Below are positions 13,301 through 25,868 of a DNA stretch of 64,000 nucleotides, piece by piece. The stretch comes from Phoronis australis (lineage: Eukaryota > Animalia > Phoronida), in NCBI GenBank assembly GCA_002633005.1, contig NMRA01000065.1:1030809-1094808 (forward strand), given 5' to 3'. Under the pieces are notes generated by a model. The model was not told where the DNA came from and did no database searches. It saw only the letters and a program-made list of their open reading frames with translations. The position numbers were made by a program, and so were the translations under genes. Within the stretch, counting starts at the first letter, position 1; each line of letters begins with the position of its first letter.

Positions 13301-16300
13301 TCTATTGTGTTTCCTTCTTTTGTTTACAGTCCAAGAAAAACATTCTACTAACCCCATGTTTAGTAAACTCCTTCAAATGGATTTGTAAACAATTTTTGTA
13401 TTCAGGAACAGAAAACAATGCAGTCTTTCATCCCTTGGCCAATGCTGTTGGTTGGTTTTGCCAGTTTATAAACCCAGTTCTTTGTCTCATGCTGATTGGC
13501 TGCATTCAGCCATCGGTGCACAGGGGGTATATTACTGAATAGCACAGTCCCTCGCTTTGTCCACTTTTCTCTGTTTACCATGATTTCCCAGCGATTAGGT
13601 ATCAGATAACATTTTATAACAGTGAAATTGAAAGGTACAAACATCTACTTCACCTGCTGCCGACTCCCGCTGAGTATATATGTATTGTATATACGGTATG
13701 TATTTCATTCATAACTTGGCCCGCCTTGAGAAATGCTCCACTCTGCTCAGGTCAGGCTACTATATTGACTTGCTGTCCATTCAGACTTGTGGAGTTTAGT
13801 TGAGGGTGTCGGAGTCCCAATGGTTTATCAGGAATGTGCTCATCTGCCTCCAGGTGTCTCTCAGTTACGCCACCTGTTTGGTAAGTGCATGGTGTCTATT
13901 GTCTATAGTGGTTGTCATGTGACTCGTGATTCCCATCTGGTTGGTTAACGTAATGAGTTTCACGCAGTCCATGACTCTCTTGCGGCTTTTCATTCAAGTT
14001 TTCTGGACATTTAATGAATTTTATGTGGTCTTTTAAAACTCATTGAAAGCACACTTCTCAATTGTCATGAAGAATTTGTAAAATATGACTGTACAAATAT
14101 GACTGTAGAAATATGACTGTACTTTCCTAGTGAAGTATGTATTGGTTGCAGGTGCATCAGCTTTCTTGCTTCTCGTAATAGTATTTCAAAAAAAAAAAAT
14201 TTTTTGTGGTCAGTTCTTATTTTTCACTGCATAAAATTGAAGTTCTGTATTTTTGCTTAGCAAACTGTCTTTTCACGGTACAAACATGTAATTTTCAACG
14301 ATTTCAGTTTGTGTTGCAAGGCACTGCCATGCACACTCAAGATCTGAGCATGGTCCATTCTGATATGAGCCGTGTGTACCTGGCACATCTGGGTGATCTT
14401 GCTCTGACCAGTGGACATATTTTAAAAGTAAATTTAGCCAACATTAAACTGCCTGATTTTCCTGGCTCTATAAACTGAATAGCACTATAGTAGTATTTTA
14501 GTTGTACTGGTACAGTTAGTTTTTGTGCTTTTACGAGAACTTGTCTGGCTAATAACAAAATCCTTGGTTGTACTATAGTGAGCATCATTTCTTTTGAATC
14601 GATCTCTCTCGAAATGGGTTTTAGAAATGTTTAAACTTGAGATAAAACTGTAACGAGAAGACTTGAATCGAGGCCATCAATTGTGTTCAAGCCATACTAC
14701 ACTCCAGGTGTGGGGCAAAACCATTTGGTCAAATGCTGCGAACACCCTAAGAGACTAATCAAACAGAAATTCTTTAAATCAACTAAAATGCCGCGGGATT
14801 TTGCAGACCGGCATGAACAGATTTTTGTATAAACATTTCCGCTATTGGTCTCGCTCATTCCAGCTTTTGTGACTGGAATCTTAAATCAAATATTTGACTA
14901 CTTCTGGCGTCAAAGCTTGATACTGTGAGCGTAAGTGTATAAAGGCTTTGAGCTGTGTCCACTTCTCTAAAGTGAACGTCCAAAGAAGGTGTCCGAGGTA
15001 AATTTGTATTTTTTTATGGTGAACTCCAGTCCCTGATCGATGAGTTTCCACAATTGGTACTTTTTACCTGTAATTATCTGTCCTAGACAGGGTCATTGAT
15101 GTCGTGGAACCCTAATTATTGCCTTGCACCCCCACCTTGACAACAGGAGACACAATGTACTCAGACTGACATTGCCTGTGAGGTGCTGGTTTTCCACCTT
15201 TCTGTGAACGCCCTAGTAGCAGTATTGGCTTGCAAGACCAATCCCTGATGTGTCCCAGAATTGACGATTTGCATCTCATCAGCATATGTATGAGCCAACA
15301 ATTTTTCCACAATGTTGCTTGGTGAGGTATGTTTACCTTAAAGCCTTCATGATGTCATAGACAAATGAACTCACAGAACAAGTGTCACTGGAGGATCCAA
15401 ATATTTTGGTCTTGATTGAAAAAGCTTTTTCACCGTCTCTAGACGAGGTAGAGTAAACTAGTTCAACTATGCGTATTTAGAAACTGTGTTCTTCCTGTTG
15501 CAAACCTACCCAGTCATCTATCTGCAATTTATGTCTGCAGCAGGAAAAGCAGTCTCTGAGTAGGTGTCACTTTACCCTATTTTGATCTTGATTATTTCTG
15601 GTCCCTTCTGGTTAATACTGAATGATTTATTTCCTGAGCTTTGTTTTTTGAATTTCCTCTGATAATACTGGTTTAGCTGTCGTCACGTCAAAGTTAAATA
15701 ACTTACGATTCTTGATAACAATGATTTTTGCAGTGTGGTTGTATTCCTTGTGTTAATGGAAACAAAGAACAAGATTTGTCTTGACTTGGGGATACAAAGT
15801 CTGTTGAAGCCATTTTGAGAGTAGAAACAAATGACTGCAGTAAACTCTCACCAAATTCGGTCAAAAACATTGGTTAAAAACTGGCCTCGTCTCATTTTCT
15901 AAGGTTTTCAGCTATATCCCGAATGTCCATAATTTCTCAAAAACTTTGACGCTAGCATTGTAGCACAAAACCTAAAAAGTGCATAGCATTCCGGTGTTGA
16001 TTACATTCTGAAAAATGATTTTTTCTTGTTTACCCTGTTCACTGTTACAGCAGCACACGATGGTAGTTTTTAATGTCATTAGCATGTTGTCCCAAAATGC
16101 ATTTGTGATACCAGTTTGGTTTTATGTTCTTTTTCAGAGAATAAAACTACCTGTCATATCATGTCCGCTTCATTAGTTCTGCAAATACCGTGATGTCTAA
16201 AATGCGCTCTTCAATGGCTGTGTGATAAAAATAGGGCATTTATATTTATTTACCACGTGGAGATATTATTCTGGCAAATGTTATTTTTTGTATTGAAGCA

Positions 16301-19300
16301 TAAAAAAACTGATGGAATGTCACTCACTCTCTCCTGTAATGTTTTTCCAACAGAGGGAGTACTACGCTTAATTTGATCTTTCCACATCCTTCTCTTTTTG
16401 CCTGTGGCTATTTTTTGTTTATTTTGTTTAGGTTAGCAGTGTTGCCAGACAGAATTCTTGGGGTGTCTCAGTGTAGTTTGCAATATAAACATTGTCTGTA
16501 GTAAAGTTTCTTCAAAATTTGAACAAGACATAATTGCTGAATTTGTTATTTCCATTTCTTTTGACTTTTGTACTAAAATGCCATTATCTTGTGTTCTAAT
16601 ATGAAGAGCACACCTGTTGTGTGATTCTTGCGAAAAGCAATGTACACTGACAATCTTTGTTGAAGCATTTTCCAAATGACTACTGACTTCTTAAACATAG
16701 AAATCTAAGTCAGGACATTTGATTTTTTAAGAATTTAAAAATTTGCAAGGTTGGTGGTCTACACGAAGACTACAAATTCTTGGCATGACACCATTGAAGT
16801 GCCATCTATTGACAAGAGACGGAGCCATTAATTTCATTTGATTTTAACTTGGTAATTTAGTTAGGTGTTTTAAAAATCAGTTTTTGTCTTGTCATTTTAG
16901 TGATATTTTTTCACAAAAGACAAAGTGGTTCTCAGGATTTGATGGTGTTTTAGGCATTTAAGCCGCAAAAGTGTTAAAGTCTGTGTGTTCCAGCTGTTCA
17001 GCTCACATTTTCATTGGTGGTTATTTTACATTTGTTCATTAAGCCCGTAATTATCTGATCAGTGTGAACAAAATTTTTGAAACTAAAGACCTGTTTGTTT
17101 GAGTCTTTTTGAATGTTTGCAGATTCCTGAAAATTTATCGCATGAATGCAAAAATTGCAGAATTTTTAGCTGTGTTCTCTCTTGTTACTATATATATTCC
17201 TGACAATTTTTCAGGAAAAGCTTATGAAAAAGTCTCACATGAATGGGCCCTAAGTGACCCACATTTTACTATTTTTCCTGAGTGACCTGAATTTTACTAT
17301 TAGCAAAAGGAATCAACCAAATTTATATACATATGTAAAGGTTTTGAGAACACAAATACTGTTTGTTAGTAAGGATTCCACTTACAGAAATCCTGATTTT
17401 CCTTTGTCATAGACAGAGAAAACTATTTTAGCGAACACAAAATTCCATTTTTTCCATCTGGTAAATTAGCAAAGTCAGTTTTACTATTTCGAAGGGAATG
17501 CCCTACTGCTGAATTTGTCACTCTGTTTTACCGATAACTTAGTGCATGGCATGTTCATTCTTTTGCAAAACCCATAAATGAACAGTGCCACCTTTTGAAA
17601 GAATGAACAACTGACAGTGTTCTCCACCACCTATTTTGACCCGTCGCGATGACGGGTTTGGATTTTGCCATGTCGTGTTGGGCAAGACGCGTCAAGTTTA
17701 AAAATTGTGGCGCCAGGTTTAAAATTAGACAATAGTGAGTCCGCCTCATCTCGTATCAGAAATTGCCACTCAGTGGAGGAGTTGTCGTTGGCGTTGTTGT
17801 GACTTCCTTCTGAATCCTGTATTAAGTGAAAACAGCCGATCACCGCCCTCTGTTGAACTAGTACAGAATGATCACCAATTAGATTTGTAGTGTAATTTGG
17901 TGGATGAAATTATTAATTTCTGATAACTAAAAAGCAATAACATAAGAATGATGGTATCTACTGCTGAAATTTCTGAATTTCATTCAAAACCACCAATTTG
18001 GTGGATTTTGTGGGATAATCAGGGTCTGTACTTATCAACAGGATTATACATAAGTAGCATTGCCAAAATTTTTCAAAGTGTCATCGTGTGTTTCTTGTTA
18101 ACAGCTGTTCTACATAAACTTTTCAAATAATAAAGTAAATTCGTCTTCATGTTTGCTTTTGTTGGAAATTTTTGTAAAATTTTACTGTTCCACCATATTG
18201 TGAATTTAATGTGAATAATCGTTACTGTGTATTCGTTAAGTACAAATGTTCGGAGATGTCTTTAACATAAAAGTAATGAATCAGACATCATAAGACTTCA
18301 CAGAGTAAAACTGTTCTTTTCCTGTGTTATTTTTACATTTCATTACATAATTCAAGTGCACTTAACATTCTTCAATGCTTGGCAGGTCCCTTTAACATAT
18401 TTTTCACCCATTAATCTTGTCAGGGGTCGATCAACACGTACCTCTCATGGCAATCAGTTGCATTGTTTCAGCAGGAGACCTAGGTAACACAGGTGTGACA
18501 AACTTAATGACAAAGCCATTCAATCTATCCATGTTACGGAGCTCCATTCTTTTCTGATATGAAACTGTCTGAGGATTTCACCACACTGCACATTAATATA
18601 ACTAAAATGTTTCGCGACAGGGGTGGTTATACATTGTTAGAGGCTGAAATTGTCATTATGACCGGAATGCGTGTATATGCTAGATTTCCTAGGAGTTTGT
18701 TTTTTTCTCGAGATCGCTATTTGTAACAGTGACATTATGGTTGACCATAGCCATGTTGGAAGGTAGGTTGCAAGTATTGACAGGGAAGAAAAAAGTGCGA
18801 TTTTCAGGTACTTGAACTTGAACGTTATCAGCCTTGGGTAGAAATTGTCTTTAATCTTTGACTCTATTTGTATTTTATAGTGAGTTAGAAATGAATAGCA
18901 TATGTGTGTTGTTTGTTTACGTGAGGACCAATGATTGTTGGATAGAAATGGATTGCAGACACAGTGTGTATGAATAGGGAATCTTGTAGCAGGCAGCACA
19001 CTCTGGTTAGGATTCAATCATTATTGATGTATAACCAAATTACTCGATGCATGCGAGTGAATTCATCTAACAATGGATCTACAGTAAATTTCTTGGTCTT
19101 TGCCACAAAGATCATCTTATGCTGTTCGTATCATGTTAAAACTGCATTTGTTCAGTGTCTAGCTGCTTGTCAATGAATTTGGCTTCTTAACATCATAAGA
19201 TCACTCCTTACTGTAAGAGAACATGACGTTATTTAATGTTACGTACTAGGAAAAACCAAAACCATCAGCTACCCAAGAAAATCCTTCAGAGTTTATTTGG

Positions 19301-19568
19301 GTTGGCCAAACCTAACATTGCAAATGCGAAAATGGTGCGTGTTCTCATTGCCTGTGATTTGAGTTGCCGGCTCATTTGGATTAGACAGTCTCGCCACCTG
19401 GTGATTGGTGTTGATGCTATATCACATATTGCTGTTTGTCTTATTTCCTGGAGGTGTCTGACCAAGCCATATCAACAAATGCCACTGAGTATAACAAGTT
19501 AATGTCATTTGTGCATTTACAAAGTTCTTGTGTAATTGGAATTTTCAAAGTTGTGTCTTATTTTATAG

Positions 19569-19710
19569 ATCCGATCCAAGTCATCGAGTCTCCCCATGAA
19601 AGTAGTTCCGGAATAGCGTCTGATGGCCACGATAGTCACAGTAAAAATACATTCACCAGCGGCAGTTCCACTCCACAGACTGGCTACAGCAGTTCGGATC
19701 AGTCGTTCAG
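19569..19710 (+). CDS. FBXL7: FBXL7 exon 2 (Ser-rich N-terminal region)
   Basis: Acceptor ttttatag|AT and donor CAG|gtagct. Encodes DPIQVIESPHESSSGIASDGH...SSSDQSF, similar to the Ser-rich FBXL7 N-terminus. The phase-2 end matches exon 3. Confidence 0.8.
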
Positions 19711-20593
19711 GTAGCTATCTATTTGCTTCTTTATTTATTTATTTATTTTATGCAATTTATTCATTTCTGTACAATCACATCGGAATAAGTTGGACACACT
19801 TAATTAAGATTTCCGCTTTAACTGGGACAAAGTTCAATGGTACAGGTGCTCTAGTTTGTGCACTCTGGCCTTCAGATAAGTTGGATTTTGCTATATTTTG
19901 TTGAAATCTCCTGGTCCGTTTGGAAATGTAAGTTTTACTGCACTCAGATGTTTTAAGGCGCATGTGTAGCAATTTTCTGTCAACCCAGTGCTAAATTTTT
20001 GTTGACTTGAAGAATGCACTTCATGACTGATTTTAGAAATCTAAACATGTCAAGCCTGCCAGCCATGGATGTTTTTTTGTAAGACTTAAACACTGTGATT
20101 TCAAATTTCCTTTATGCTGATTAGAGATCACTATAGCGAAATTTCACCAATTTAGGACAGAATAAATGATTGCTCATTTTCAAGCTCTATGTCACGGCTA
20201 CCAGCAGACAATGTTTTTAGAAACAGTAGGTATTTGCAGCAATGCTAGAGATCTTTGAAATGTAAACAAAGGCAATTTTGTCAATTATTTTTGTCTGAAA
20301 TTGTTGAGATTTCACCATATCAACCACATTTTTTGTTCTGTGTTCGGTAATTATGCCCTTATTTCACAAATTTAATTGTGGAATTTGTCATTTTCCATTT
20401 TTCAAGGGCGTAATACTTTGTTACAAACAATTGAAACCTTGCATAGTGCTGCTTGATGACATTACACAATACAAACCATTCTAGTAGTAATAATTTTCAT
20501 TTTTGTGGAATGACAATATAGAATTCCGCTTGTTGGCCACAGTGTGTGCTAAACAAGTGAAAAACAACTGTAGGTAGCAGCTTCCCTACACGG

Positions 20594-20616
20594 TATTATT
20601 ATTATTATTATTATTA
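20594..20616. repeat. (TAT)n microsatellite
   Basis: tattattattattattattatta. Confidence 0.9.
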
Positions 20617-21877
20617 CTAGTGACTGACTTATGATTTAGATGAAAGGGTAGGTTTTAATACAGTAGCTTTACTAACACCTGCAATTTTTACCCTGCAAGA
20701 TACCCACTGGATATTTGATCACCTGAGCAGTTGCTATGGTGATAGCAGTTACCTTAATTGCATCACAGTTGGTAGGATTGTCAAGCATACTAATGTGTGT
20801 GGACAACATGTCAGTTTAAATCATGTTTTCATTGAACAGTCTGTATTTCTGCCAATCTCAAACAGACAATTTCAACACCGATTTTAGCGTTTGAAGTTTC
20901 TGACAGCAGGATCGTCCAGTTACGAAAACCATATGTCAGATTTTAGATTAGACAATTTGCTGATTTTTTAAGTTTGTTTTTGAATCAAGAGCCAGTTGAC
21001 ATTTATTTATAATTGCATTAACGTCTGTCACAGATTAAAAGTAGCTCCATTTATTGAAATCCCAGGTTCTGGAGCAAATTTGATTAGGGCTGTTCCAGTA
21101 AAATCCGTGTGGGAGGGGGGGGACGGCAGTAGAAATAAAAATTCATGGGTGGTGGTCTTCAGAAAAAAACTGAAATGAAATGAAAGCCAGCCACCGGCGC
21201 GCTTGCATAGGGACAACGGTATCCGAAAATCTCGAATAATTCAAAAAGTAGACGTCGTAGCGCAAAATGGAAAATATCTTCTGAAAGCCCGTTCACATCT
21301 CTATCGCTCTATCTAAAGTGGTAGTTTGGCAAAAATCCAAAAAATTTTTCGAGAAAATTGAAAATTTGCCGTTTTTTTTGAAATTCAAAGTCAAATAACT
21401 CGAAAACGGTAAGTCTGAGAAATACGCTCTCGCAGACTTTTTGAAAGGCCATACTTTAAGGAATCCACATGCAAAAATTCACGTCATTTGCTCTTCCCAT
21501 AAAAAATGCGACANCCTGGCAAAATTTCCAAGTCACCAAAACAGGAAATCTCGTTGAGAACAGCCGTAAATGAAACAAAAGAAATATCTGAAGTGAAAAA
21601 CCCGACGAACTCCGCAATTAAGTGTCAGTCCAAGCGGCGTATGTTTTATTTTTTCCGTTTTTGCCAGAGCAGAAAATTAGGAGTGTCTCTTTGTGCTCGA
21701 TGATGACCAGTTTTACCCTCTTGGACCCAAAACATCCAACGCAGCGCTCACCTCCTGAGGCAGACAAATATGTTCAGCACACGTTTCATGGCTCATACAC
21801 AGGCTCTTCCAATCTTTACAGAAGGATTCTGACTTCCATCTGTTTACTTCTTGTAGCATTTTGAGCACGCGATTGGA

Positions 21878-21942
21878 TGTGTGTGTTTGTGCGTGTGCGC
21901 GCGTTCGTGTGTGTGTGTGTGCGTTCGTGTGTGTGTGTGTGT
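21878..21942. repeat. Imperfect (GT)n microsatellite
   Basis: Runs of gtgtgt interrupted by gcgttc; source of the THTHTH pseudo-ORFs on the minus strand. Confidence 0.9.
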
Positions 21943-22534
21943 TTGTCTGGCGGCTTTGTGGCAACCTGGGATTTTTACCACATCTCCCAAAAAAATCTGA
22001 TAACACTTTGGTGACCTGCAGGTCGCCAAATTGAGCTGTGGGTTATATAATATAGACTTGTATTTGTTTTAGCTCCCACGATGGTCATTCATACTTTGGC
22101 CAGTTAGCCAACTCTAGGCGTATGGTTATTCCGACCGTGGAAAGTTCACCGTTGAGCTTCAATGGAAGGGGCTACAGGTATGGTATTGTTAACTGGAATC
22201 ACAACTGGAGCTCATTTACCTTTTAGTGTCCCTACGGTCTTAATATGGAGCTGTTAACATCGTCGTGGTTCCTGCATAATTGCGATATTTTCATCTAACA
22301 ATGTCTTACTACACTGTCTCCAAAAACTTGATAGCACAAATTCCAATGAAACCAGCTGATGGGATTTTCCACATATAACCTGAAATGTGTCTTTTTTACT
22401 GAATCACTTTCTTGTTTCTGTATTGAGGTTTCCTCAAGAATAGTCTTCCCAAACAATTAACACAGCACCTGGTTAGCCTTAACTCCTCTAATACTTGTTG
22501 CATCAGAACCTCATCACCCCATTTTCCATTGCAG

Positions 22535-23049
22535 CCCGCACTTGGACCTCTCTCGACACAGCACACCGTCCCCGTCCCAGCTCTCTGACACCGACCGCCT
22601 GATTGGCTACAGTCACGCGCGCAAGAAGCGGCAACGGGGAGTCGCACTCGCTGACCTCCCAGATGACGTCATTCTACGCATCCTATCCAAGCTGCCGACC
22701 AATCAGCTATGCAGATGTGCCCGCGTCTGCCGGCGCTGGTACCACCTGGCGTGGGACCCAATGCTGTGGACAAAGATCCGCATCAACGCCAGTGAGACGT
22801 TAAACGTGGACCGTGCGCTGAAGATCCTAACACGGCGCCTCTCGTACGAGACACCCCACGTGTGCATCACGGTGGAGCGGATCAACCTGAATGGCTGCGC
22901 TCGACTAACAGACAAGGGCCTACATTTCATCGCTAAACGTTGTCCCGAATTGCGTCATCTAGAAATGCAGGGATGCACTCACGTAACTAACACGGCACTG
23001 TTTGAAGTTGTCTCACGCTGTGTCAACATGGAATACCTGGATGTAACGG
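22535..23049 (+). CDS. FBXL7: FBXL7 exon 3 (F-box and first LRRs)
   Basis: Acceptor ccattgcag|C and donor ACGG|gtgagt. LPDDVILRILSKLPTNQLCRCARVCRRWYHLAWDP...NVDRALKILTRRL closely matches FBXL7. Confidence 0.95.
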
Positions 23050-23394
23050 GTGAGTTGGACTGAGTGTTGTTGAGGAGTACTGTATTTGTTTACGTTCACA
23101 CCCAGGATGTTTAAATTGAAAATGAAACAATTATTGGCTCAGCAGTTTGCTCCATTTGGGGGTGGGGGTGTCTAAGAGGCATTTTAATCAATGCCATACA
23201 GATGTCAGTCAAACTCATTATAAAAATGATGTTTGGCTACCTTTTCTATATTGTTTCCCAATTCTTTGTGTAACCATAGCAATGGCAGTTTCTTATTACA
23301 CCACACTAATTCCCATGGCCTTTACTCCACATGGATTGATGTTCCATTTGCTTTTTTGTTCCCACTTTGATGACCTTTAACCTTTCTTCTTCAG

Positions 23395-24128
23395 GCTGTT
23401 CTGGTATCACTTGTATCAGCCTGACGGCTGAGGCATCCATACAGGCATTGTCGCCGAACAGCAAACAGATATTTCTACGTTATCTGGACATGACGGACTG
23501 TTTTGCTCTGGAAGACAGTGGACTGAACACCATAGCCTTGCACTGTACACAGGTGCAGTATCTCTACCTGCGACGGTGTGTGCGTATCACAGACATTGGA
23601 GTACAGTGTTTAGCCAATTATTGTACTAGTGTGAAGGAATTGTCGATATCCGACTGTCGGAAGGTGACGGACTTTGGGCTTCGGGAACTGTCGAGATTAG
23701 AAGGTAATCTGCGTTATCTCAGCGTTGCCAAGTGCGACAAAGTGTCGGATGTTGGAGTGAAATACATTGCAAAGCATTGTCCTAAGTTACGTTACTTGAA
23801 TGTGCGTGGTTGTGAGGCAGTGTCGGACGATTCTCTGGAACTTTTGGCTGTGAACTGCACACGGTTGAAATCTCTTGACGTTGGAAAGTGTGACATTTCC
23901 GACGATGGACTACAGACTCTGGCTGAGAACTGTCCACAGCTTAAGAAGCTGAGTCTCAAGTCGTGCGAAGCCATCACGAATGAAGGCATCATTTCACTGG
24001 CCAATCATTGCCGCCGGCTTCAGCAGCTGAATATTCAGGACTGTCATGTGACTGTAGAGGCTTACAAAGCCGTCAAGAAACAGTGCAAGCGATGCCTAAT
24101 AGAACACACTAATCCAGGGTTCTTGTAA
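23395..24128 (+). CDS. FBXL7: FBXL7 last exon (AMN1-type LRRs, ends IEHTNPGFL)
   Basis: Acceptor cttcttcag|GC. ITCISLT...RYLDMTDCFALED and the C-terminal CKRCLIEHTNP match FBXL7. The spliced total is 482 aa with exon 1a or 489 aa with exon 1b. Confidence 0.95.
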
Positions 24129-24177
24129 TGTCTTTGCACTTCACACTGTTTTTTTTTCAATGTTTGTAAGTTGATGA

Positions 24178-24241
24178 TGCGGTGTCACATGATCACAAAA
24201 TGGCTGCGGTGTCACATGATCACAAAATGGCTGCGGTGTCA
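24178..24241 (+). repeat. 27-bp tandem repeat (~2.4 copies) in the FBXL7 3' UTR
   Basis: tgcggtgtcacatgatcacaaaatggc twice exactly, plus a partial third copy. Confidence 0.9.
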
Positions 24242-25073
24242 ACTGGGTGAACCAGCAAAGATACTTGATGTTTGGTTCCAGATCAGGAAGTCATCACAAG
24301 GAACCAATCAAATGTCTTTGAGGGCTGACACGATGAGTTTGCCGGCTTTCTCTTAAGTGCAGCCATCAAAAATGAAAGCCCTTGACGTAACGGAAGATGT
24401 TTACCTTTCTTCGTTAGCACTGTTTTACCAGTCATGAATTGTGTGTGACAAAAAACTTTCTCTGTTTTGGGTAATTTCTTTGATTTTAGTGATATTAGAC
24501 ACTAGAGGGACTTGTTAGAAAAGGTTGTGTTTTCACTGTGTTTTTGATTTCTCATGTTGGCATTTCGCCAATCAAAGCATAATCTGATTTAGATACCATT
24601 TTCTTGCATTTTTTAGCGAACAACAGTTGGCCTTTATGGGTAGGGATCATGACTTTTAAAGTTATTTTTAGGACAATAATTTTTCATTATGAGATATTAA
24701 AGCAACATTTCATAGCTTTTGAGGCAAAATTGAACTACTGGCCTTCAGATTTTTGTTTTCCCCCAGTGTTTTGCCATTTAAAAGGATGGCTGTAATGGTT
24801 TTAATGTATTTTTACCTTGTGCCAAAAATGTTAATTTTTCGAATATCCTAATTTCAATGGTTTTTGAACTCCTGTTTGTGATTGAGCAGTGCCCTCTTTT
24901 GGCCTGTAGCATAGACACAAATGCATTTGAGGTCCGATCAGTTTTTTGCTTCAGGTTGATTCCTTTTTGTGGTATATTAATGTCACCACTGCACTGATGG
25001 AAGGCTGTCTTTAAACATTTTTGAGAACGTTACAACTTTTAAATGACAACGCCACCTAAAGCCTTGGAGAGAA

Positions 25074-25151
25074 GGCAGTGTGGCCTAGTGTGATAGGTGG
25101 CCACTTTCTTTACTCGAGGTCGTGGGTTCAAGTCCTGCCGGGCCACACTGC
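25074..25151 (+). mobile_element. tRNA-derived SINE head / tRNA-like Pol III element
   Basis: A box TGGCCTAGTGTG (25081-25092), B box GGTTCAAGTCC (25125-25135) and T-arm gtggg-ttcaagt-cctgc. No canonical anticodon arm or acceptor stem. Confidence 0.6.
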
Positions 25152-25862
25152 TAAACCCTGATTCAGATTTCTAGTTCCTCAGCTCGGTTTTAACTATATA
25201 TATTACTACAGCATAAAAATGGTTCCAGGTGATCAGTGCGATGGGCCCACATGAACAGCCTGCGCACATCTGGTACAACATGTATCAGACAGCCTGCAAT
25301 TATTTTTTAAAAAGCCTTGGATTTTGGCTCTTAATTCCATTTTTTCCACATTATTGAAATATATACCATTCCAATTCAGATGAATTATATTTTGGCTTTG
25401 TTGTAAACATGCACTACATATCGGAGACTGCATGGCTTATATTTATTGTTGAATTTATGTATTTTGTATATTTGTACATATTGTATAGGACTGTACAGAT
25501 ATTCTTGTATAAACATGTTTATGTATAAAGGACCATTCTCCATTTTTTAGAAATATATTGGGCTATGGAAATATAAGCACAATTACTTTGAAGGAAGTGC
25601 AAAAATATATTTTACTTCTTAATGAATAATACCTATGGAATTTATATTGGTAGGCTTGTAGAATTCAGACCACAGCATGAACCTTGTTTTGTAAACACAA
25701 GACTTTGTTTCAGAAACATTTTGGTACAAAATTCTAAAATTGCTACCAACCATTTTGGACTTAAAATGTCATGTGGGATATTAGAATTTTATTGTAGCTA
25801 AATATGATACATACTCTTTACTTAGGACTTCTTCAGTTTGTGACATGGAAATTTGTCACAAC

Positions 25863-25868
25863 AATAAA
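25863..25868 (+). terminator. Candidate FBXL7 polyadenylation signal
   Basis: AATAAA about 1.7 kb after the stop codon, downstream of a UGUA-rich block. Confidence 0.3.

Noticed and set aside
25074-25151. Functional tRNA gene (including tRNA-Sec)
   Set aside because: No proper acceptor stem or anticodon arm and no adjacent oligo-T terminator. Treated as a SINE head.
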